A stretch of DNA of 64,000 bases, taken from positions 72,009-136,008 of the forward strand of contig JAISIR010000001.1 in assembly GCA_031261985.1 (NCBI GenBank), in the 5' to 3' direction. The translations under genes and the position numbers were made by a program. This document shows, piece after piece, positions 60,839-64,000 of the stretch (the stretch's first letter is position 1; each line of letters starts with the position of its first letter). This DNA comes from Clostridiales bacterium. GTDB taxonomy: Bacteria > Bacillota > Clostridia > Monoglobales > WRBX01. The notes beneath the pieces were generated by a model. That model was not told the origin of the DNA. It worked only from the letters and a program-made list of their open reading frames with translations, and did not search any database.

Positions 60839-61423
60839 ATGATAGATATAATTTTAATTTTATTCTTTATTCTGTTTTTATTTAAAGGTTATAGGCGTGG
60901 GTTTATTGCTATGCTTTTAAACTTTGCAAGCTTAATTGTCGCCATACTTTCGGCATATTTATTCCACGGTGTAGTTGCCGATAAGTTTATGGCATCTGGC
61001 TTAGGCATAAGTTTAGAGCAAAAAGTGGCGGCTGTTATGCAAGGCTCTGACCCTAGCAAGTTCCAAACGCTATTACCTACAGAGCAAATTACGCAATCGC
61101 TTAGCCATACTATAGCTTATGGGATAGCCAACGCGCTTTCGATGGTATTAATATTTTTAGTTGTTTTAATTATTGCTAAAATAGTTTGCATATTCCTTAA
61201 TTTTGCAATTAAAACTATACGTCTTGGGTTTATTAATAAATTGGCAGGCGTGTTATTAGGCGGTGTTAACGGATACATAGCTATCTACGTTGTTATAATG
61301 CTTTTGGCTGCGATTTCACCATTTAACACCTGGCTTGCGAATGGTATGAATAATTCTATAGTAGTTAAGATTATTCCTAATCCTTTTGATTTATTTATTG
61401 CTATAAGGGGAATAATAACCTAG
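60839..61423 (+). CDS. cvpA: CvpA-family (colicin V production) membrane protein
   Basis: 194 aa with four TM spans. N-terminal IDIILILFFILFLFKGYRRGFI is typical of CvpA. Confidence 0.7.
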   Translation: MIDIILILFFILFLFKGYRRGFIAMLLNFASLIVAILSAYLFHGVVADKFMASGLGISLEQKVAAVMQGSDPSKFQTLLPTEQITQSLSHTIAYGIANALSMVLIFLVVLIIAKIVCIFLNFAIKTIRLGFINKLAGVLLGGVNGYIAIYVVIMLLAAISPFNTWLANGMNNSIVVKIIPNPFDLFIAIRGIIT

Positions 61424-61463
61424 ACAAGGTTTTAGTTGTCGAATAACTTCAAAATACAAAGGA

Positions 61464-62651
61464 TTGACTATTATGCAAGATAAGAATATGTTTAAAACCA
61501 TAACCAAAACGCACTTTTTTTTAAGCCCGCTAACGCGTAAGACTGCCACGTATAACTCGCTATTAGCAGAAGTTTTGCGCCGCGCAACGCCATCATTCCC
61601 TACTACTAAAAAGCTAGAGAATAAGCTTCAGGAGTTGTATAGCGCAAAGATATCGTTTAGCACTTACAAGCGAGGCGAGACGCACGTTATAGCTGCCAGC
61701 CTAGAGCAGGTGGCGGACGAGTTTTTGCCCGAGCCTATAGCCGAAATTAGTGGTAATATACTAAACGAAGCGGTGTTTAATCAAACATCGTTTAACCATG
61801 AATATGTCGAGCAAGAGAAGGCTAATTTAAAGCTTCGCATAGCGGCTATTATAAATAACAAGGCGCAATATGCACAAAAAAGATGTATAGAAGAGATGTT
61901 CGGCGACAACCCTTATGCGATAAACTCTGATGGATATGCCGATATTATAGACGGGATTACACCCGAGGGACTGTATGACTATTACAAAAATACCTTTTTA
62001 AACCTGCCTTATGCTACTTTTACCTCGAACGACGAGACGGTATCGGTTATTCCTAACGATTTGCCACCGCTTAACTTCCCGATGCTTCCTATAGCTAAAG
62101 CAAAGAATATTACCGAAAAAGAAGATTTGAATCAGTCTAAGCTATCGATGGGGTTTACAACAGGAATCGGCTCGGACGAGGAGCATGATTACTTTATTTT
62201 AACTGTGTTTAACGCCATTTTTGGTGGCTCGCCATACTCTAAATTGTTTAATAATGTACGTGAGAAGCTATCGCTTGCTTATAGCGTATCTAGCCAAGTG
62301 GAGCGGTTTAAGGGTGCAATTTTTGTTAATGCCGGCATAGATGCAAACGGTTTTAAGCCCGCGTATGACGAGATTATTAAGCAACTAGACGAGATTAAAA
62401 ATGGTAACTTTACCGAGTCGGAAATTTCGGCTGCAAAAGAAGGGATTACCAATAACTTAAAATCGATTTGTGATATGCAATTTGCTTATCAAGATTTTTT
62501 ATTACGTCAGCATTTAGCTGGGCGTCCGACAGATGAACAGATAGAGCAAATTATTAATGGTGTAAACAACGTTACCAAAGATGAAATTTGCGATATAGCT
62601 AAAAGAATGCAGCTGCACACGGTATTCTTATTAGAAGGAAGTGTTTCTTAA
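61464..62651 (+). CDS. M16 (pitrilysin/insulinase) family protein lacking the HxxEH zinc site (YmfF/YfmF-like partner subunit)
   Basis: M16 C-terminal-domain pattern with no HxxEH. ATG 61473 is an alternative start. Paired with the active-site-bearing neighbour. Confidence 0.7.
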   Translation: MTIMQDKNMFKTITKTHFFLSPLTRKTATYNSLLAEVLRRATPSFPTTKKLENKLQELYSAKISFSTYKRGETHVIAASLEQVADEFLPEPIAEISGNILNEAVFNQTSFNHEYVEQEKANLKLRIAAIINNKAQYAQKRCIEEMFGDNPYAINSDGYADIIDGITPEGLYDYYKNTFLNLPYATFTSNDETVSVIPNDLPPLNFPMLPIAKAKNITEKEDLNQSKLSMGFTTGIGSDEEHDYFILTVFNAIFGGSPYSKLFNNVREKLSLAYSVSSQVERFKGAIFVNAGIDANGFKPAYDEIIKQLDEIKNGNFTESEISAAKEGITNNLKSICDMQFAYQDFLLRQHLAGRPTDEQIEQIINGVNNVTKDEICDIAKRMQLHTVFLLEGSVS

Positions 62652-62688
62652 GACACATTTATTTAAATCAATTAAGGAGACAAAATAT

Positions 62689-63945
62689 ATGCAATGGACT
62701 ACTAAAACTAATGATAAATTAAAAGAGACGTTAATACATGGTGTGCATAAATCGGGGCTTAAAATTTACTTAATGCCTAAAAGTTTCAACAAAACTTATG
62801 CGATAATATCTACTAAATATGGCGCGGTAGACTTAACTTTTGCTACAAAAAACGCGGCAGAAAAAACTGTTCCACATGGTATTGCACACTTTTTAGAGCA
62901 TAAATTATTCGAGCAACCAGGTGGGGGTAATGCTTTTGATTTATTTGCAACAACGGGGGCGTCTGCCAATGCGTTTACCTCGTTTTGCAACACAGCGTAT
63001 TTATTCTCGGCAACTAGTAAGGTAAGCGATAACCTGCGTATTCTGCTTGATTTTGTGTTTACACCTTACTTTACCGACGAGAACATTAACAAAGAACAGG
63101 GCATTATAGCTCAAGAAATTAAAATGTACGATGACAACCCTAATTGGCGTGTATTTTTTAATCTGCTAGAGTGCTTATATGTTAACCATCCAATTAAAAT
63201 TGATATCGCTGGGACGGTTGAATCTATTGCAAAGATAGATAAAGATTTGCTTTATCACTGCTACAATACTTTTTATAATCCTTATAATATGACGCTGTTT
63301 ATTGCTGGGAATATATCTACAAGCGAGATTGAAAAGCTAGTAGACGAGTTAGTGCCGATGCCTGAGGATAATAGTTTAGTGCGCGCTAAAATTGACGAGC
63401 CAGACGAGATTGCCGAGATTAAAAAAGTTCAGCATTTAAGTGTTGCTACGCCCCTGTTTTTAATAGGCTTTAAGGATAATAATTTTGAAGATGATATTTT
63501 AAAGAAAGAGATAATAACCGATATTTTAATGGAGCTTATTTTTGGCAAGGGAAGCAAACTATACGAAGATTTATATTCTGCAGGGCTGATTAACGAAACG
63601 TTTGCTTGCGATTTTGATAGTGAACAAAGCTATGCGTTTGCAAGTGTTGGTGGCGAAAGCCCTAACCCCGACGAAGTACTTAATCAAATAAATAATTATC
63701 TTCCAAGTGCTAATATTGCCTCGGCAGATTTTGAGCGTGTCCGCAATATGTTAATTGGCGATTATCTGCGTAAGTATAACGATGTAGAAGATATCGGGCA
63801 TGAGTTTATAGCGGCGTTAAACCGTGATGAGGATTATTTTTCGTATCTTGATGTTATAGATTCTATCACCATCGATGATATAAACCGACGAATGATTGAG
63901 CTGTTTAAGTCGCCTGCAATGTCGGTTATCTTGCCTAAAGAGTAA
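62689..63945 (+). CDS. M16 family zinc peptidase (YmfH/YfmH-like)
   Basis: Inverted zinc motif HGIAHFLEHKLFE (HxxEH). The start at ATG 62689 follows AAGGAGA; the track start at 62641 lacks an SD. Confidence 0.8.
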   Translation: MQWTTKTNDKLKETLIHGVHKSGLKIYLMPKSFNKTYAIISTKYGAVDLTFATKNAAEKTVPHGIAHFLEHKLFEQPGGGNAFDLFATTGASANAFTSFCNTAYLFSATSKVSDNLRILLDFVFTPYFTDENINKEQGIIAQEIKMYDDNPNWRVFFNLLECLYVNHPIKIDIAGTVESIAKIDKDLLYHCYNTFYNPYNMTLFIAGNISTSEIEKLVDELVPMPEDNSLVRAKIDEPDEIAEIKKVQHLSVATPLFLIGFKDNNFEDDILKKEIITDILMELIFGKGSKLYEDLYSAGLINETFACDFDSEQSYAFASVGGESPNPDEVLNQINNYLPSANIASADFERVRNMLIGDYLRKYNDVEDIGHEFIAALNRDEDYFSYLDVIDSITIDDINRRMIELFKSPAMSVILPKE

Positions 63946-64000
63946 AGGTTGGAATAAATATGAACGCGATAGATAATTTAATTGTATTCCCCTACCTTAA

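Overview
This window looks like a low-GC Firmicutes/Clostridia-type chromosome segment. A SpoIVFB-like protease and a BclA-like collagen protein hint at a spore-former, and several surface proteins carry SLH anchors.

Bases 1-23,400 are a housekeeping block, mostly on the minus strand. It holds a cysteine desulfurase with thiI, a spoIVFB-like gene, yebC, an SPFH/NfeD pair and greA-lysS. It also holds a long purB-purA-ANTAR-carA-carB/dapF-dapL string, tRNA-Arg(TCT), a fused coaE-coaD gene and a CDF transporter.

Bases 23,500-64,000 are more accessory:
- an acyl-CoA ligase, prmC, and a two-component system plus ABC exporter split by an AT-rich orphan gene
- an ECF-S/DUF4430 pair, two tRNA-Ser genes and a collagen-like protein
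- a nucleotidyltransferase-mutase fusion
- two large SLH surface proteins
- a GT2 processive glycan synthase with a GH5 glucanase
- CvpA and an M16 peptidase pair

No CRISPR array, transposase, integrase or rRNA was seen.

The most interesting signals are non-coding or architectural:
1. Two paralogous ~365-bp modules each encode a 23-aa hydrophobic peptide with a sequestered SD, facing a perfect convergent antisense promoter. These are candidate type I toxin-antitoxin loci.
2. A family of at least 6 two-hairpin intergenic repeats has conserved loops and covarying stems. One copy forms the cvpA leader.
3. A 23-nt element, TTAACA-N5-TTAACA, sits upstream of the -35 of six minus-strand promoters. 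Most of these serve lineage-specific hypothetical genes.
4. A 73-nt terminator+promoter unit is duplicated on both sides of an AT-rich 558-aa membrane-protein gene.
5. There are in-frame CarB-DapF and CoaE-CoaD fusions.
6. A 157-bp element bounded by inverted repeats lies upstream of a 1.7k-aa surface protein gene.
7. An (AT)10 tract lies inside a promoter spacer.

All calls come from reading the sequence and the ORF track. No searches or computations were run.
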